DNA of 64,000 bases. Origin: an uncultured virus (IMG/VR IMGVR_UViG_3300024264_000022) (taxonomy: Duplodnaviria; Heunggongvirae; Uroviricota; Caudoviricetes). Position numbers and translations under genes: made by a program. Within the stretch, counting starts at the first letter, position 1; each line of letters begins with the position of its first letter. Below the pieces are notes generated by a model. That model saw only the letters and a list, made by a program, of their open reading frames with translations, was not told where the DNA came from and made no database searches. The stretch lies in the IMG/VR virus record IMGVR_UViG_3300024264_000022, one strand, 5' to 3'. Shown in pieces: positions 63,882 through 64,000 of the stretch.

Positions 63882-64000
63882 ACTTCGTTCCCCCAACTAT
63901 CCCAACCTTCTCTCTTCTGTCTTGCAAAGAGTTCAATGTACGGACCGTTTAATAAGTTTTCAATATGTGTATACATTATATCTGGTTTCTTACTATGTCG
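63878..64000 (-). CDS. C-terminal end of an MT-A70 family adenine methyltransferase (partial)
   Basis: Own translation RHSKKPDNVYTHIENLLNGPYIELFARQKREGWDSWGNEV-stop. Confidence 0.85.
   Translation of the reverse strand, partial: RHSKKPDIMYTHIENLLNGPYIELFARQKREGWDSWGNEV

Noticed and set aside
1..64000. Genome-wide stop-codon reassignment
   Set aside because: Core genes are full length in the standard code, and TAA, TAG and TGA all end conserved genes.

Overview
This is an AT-rich segment of a T4-like (myovirus-type) phage genome; almost every credible gene lies on the minus strand. Read right to left it carries: a methyltransferase/nuclease cluster; uvsX and gp41; tRNA-Leu(TAA) and tRNA-Arg(TCT); a ~14 kb block of enzymes and polyproteins, several starting with T4 capsid-targeting-like N-termini; spanin-like and secreted proteins; gp61, nrdA, nrdB and a RuvC-like nuclease; small early genes and lipoproteins; RNase H, muralytic enzymes, DenV-like and exonuclease genes; a circularly permuted tmRNA; gp33, gp59, gp32, gp3, uvsY, uvsW, gp55, gp47, gp46; then peptide deformylase, a DruA-like protein, MazG, a cytidylyltransferase-cupin fusion and a truncated HExxH protein. 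The permuted tmRNA and low GC suggest a marine alphaproteobacterial (SAR11-like) host, which is an inference. The most notable signals are: (1) a putative capsid-packaged, protease-processed nucleotide/RNA-modifying toolkit (ligase-like, two kinases, PAP2-NTase-HIGH polyprotein); (2) a two-piece tmRNA whose intervening loop holds a Shine-Dalgarno site and a 13-codon ORF; (3) near absence of GATC except in GGATC context, next to a phage MTase/nuclease cluster; (4) several RNA-level regulatory elements. All calls come from motif recognition by eye; no database searches were run.
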